A stretch of DNA of 64,000 bases from Paraspadella gotoi (taxonomy: Eukaryota > Animalia > Chaetognatha). The stretch lies in NCBI GenBank assembly GCA_051294375.1, contig CM119263.1, forward strand, positions 4,339,947 through 4,403,946, read 5' to 3'. How positions within the stretch are numbered: the stretch's first letter is position 1; each line of letters begins with the position of its first letter. The notes beneath the pieces were generated by a model that was not told the DNA's origin, ran no database searches, and saw only the letters and a list, made by a program, of their open reading frames with translations. Shown here piece by piece: positions 63,258 through 64,000 of the stretch. Made by a program: the position numbers and the translations under genes.

Positions 63258-63774
63258 CGATTTCATGAGACGCGTTCGCTTTCGCTTTCGCGTTCGCGTT
63301 CGGCAGAAAATCCGGAGGCGACCATGAAAATTAATTTTATTTTTATTAACGACGACGAAAGCAGAAAGAAAATGGCGACAGTGGATGAAGGGGTGAGGGT
63401 GAAATGTGAAGGTGATCGTGATGGTGATCGTGAAGGTGATTCGCGTGAAGGATGAAGAATCTCATTAAAAATTAAAAAAAGAGTTTGGATTTAGTGGGAA
63501 TGAGAAATAGTGAGTGTTTTTACTGATTAGAATGTCACCGACATGAAGATGAAAATTGAGATCATGTGAACTGCGTGACGTGATCTTTCCCGTCGGTGAG
63601 AATTGCTTTCACGGTTTCCATGGTGACGCAGTGACGATGAGGGAGAGAAGACGACGACGTCGACGACGACGACGACGAAGGCGGTGATCGTTGCCTGACT
63701 CTGTTTTCACCCATTTCCCCGTGAAAATTATGGAAATGTGAAAGTTACTAAATTGAAGTGAAACCTGAGGGAGG

Positions 63775-63901
<127 letters not shown>

Positions 63902-64000
63902 GAGAGAGAAGATCAAGAAACAAAATTTTAATCCATAACATCCTTTACCGGGTATCATAAATATATTATAGAAAAATCACCATTACTTATAGTCAAAAAA

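Overview
Repeat-rich eukaryotic (very probably animal) genomic DNA from an error-prone draft assembly: single-base indels are pervasive and there are 11 N-gaps, six of them exactly 25 N. I see no intact protein-coding gene, rRNA, tRNA or CRISPR array, and almost all ORF-track entries are microsatellite read-through or antisense/frameshift fragments. (1) 1-29.7 kb is one ~8-10 kb locus present three times (offsets +9684 and +19811). Its core is a ~6.8 kb BEL/Pao LTR retrotransposon with ~410 bp TG-started LTRs, a polypurine tract, a candidate 5-bp TSD (TCTCG), and frameshifted gag, protease and RT remnants (YVDD at 6178-6189). It appears to lack most of the RNase H/integrase region. (2) 32.1-58.7 kb is a second ~10 kb locus present about 2.6 times, carrying several minisatellites (35, ~31, ~62 and ~20 bp units), telomere-like CCCTAA tracts and exon-like fragments. 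Its copies differ by a ~660 bp TIR element and a ~45 bp micro-inversion. (3) 59-62.6 kb is a smaller stutter containing a ~30 bp possibly coding repeat, followed by a length-conserved 21-bp repeat near 63.1 kb. The tandem multiplications most likely come from long-read gap filling and/or haplotype duplication. I could not support a genuinely new biological system here.
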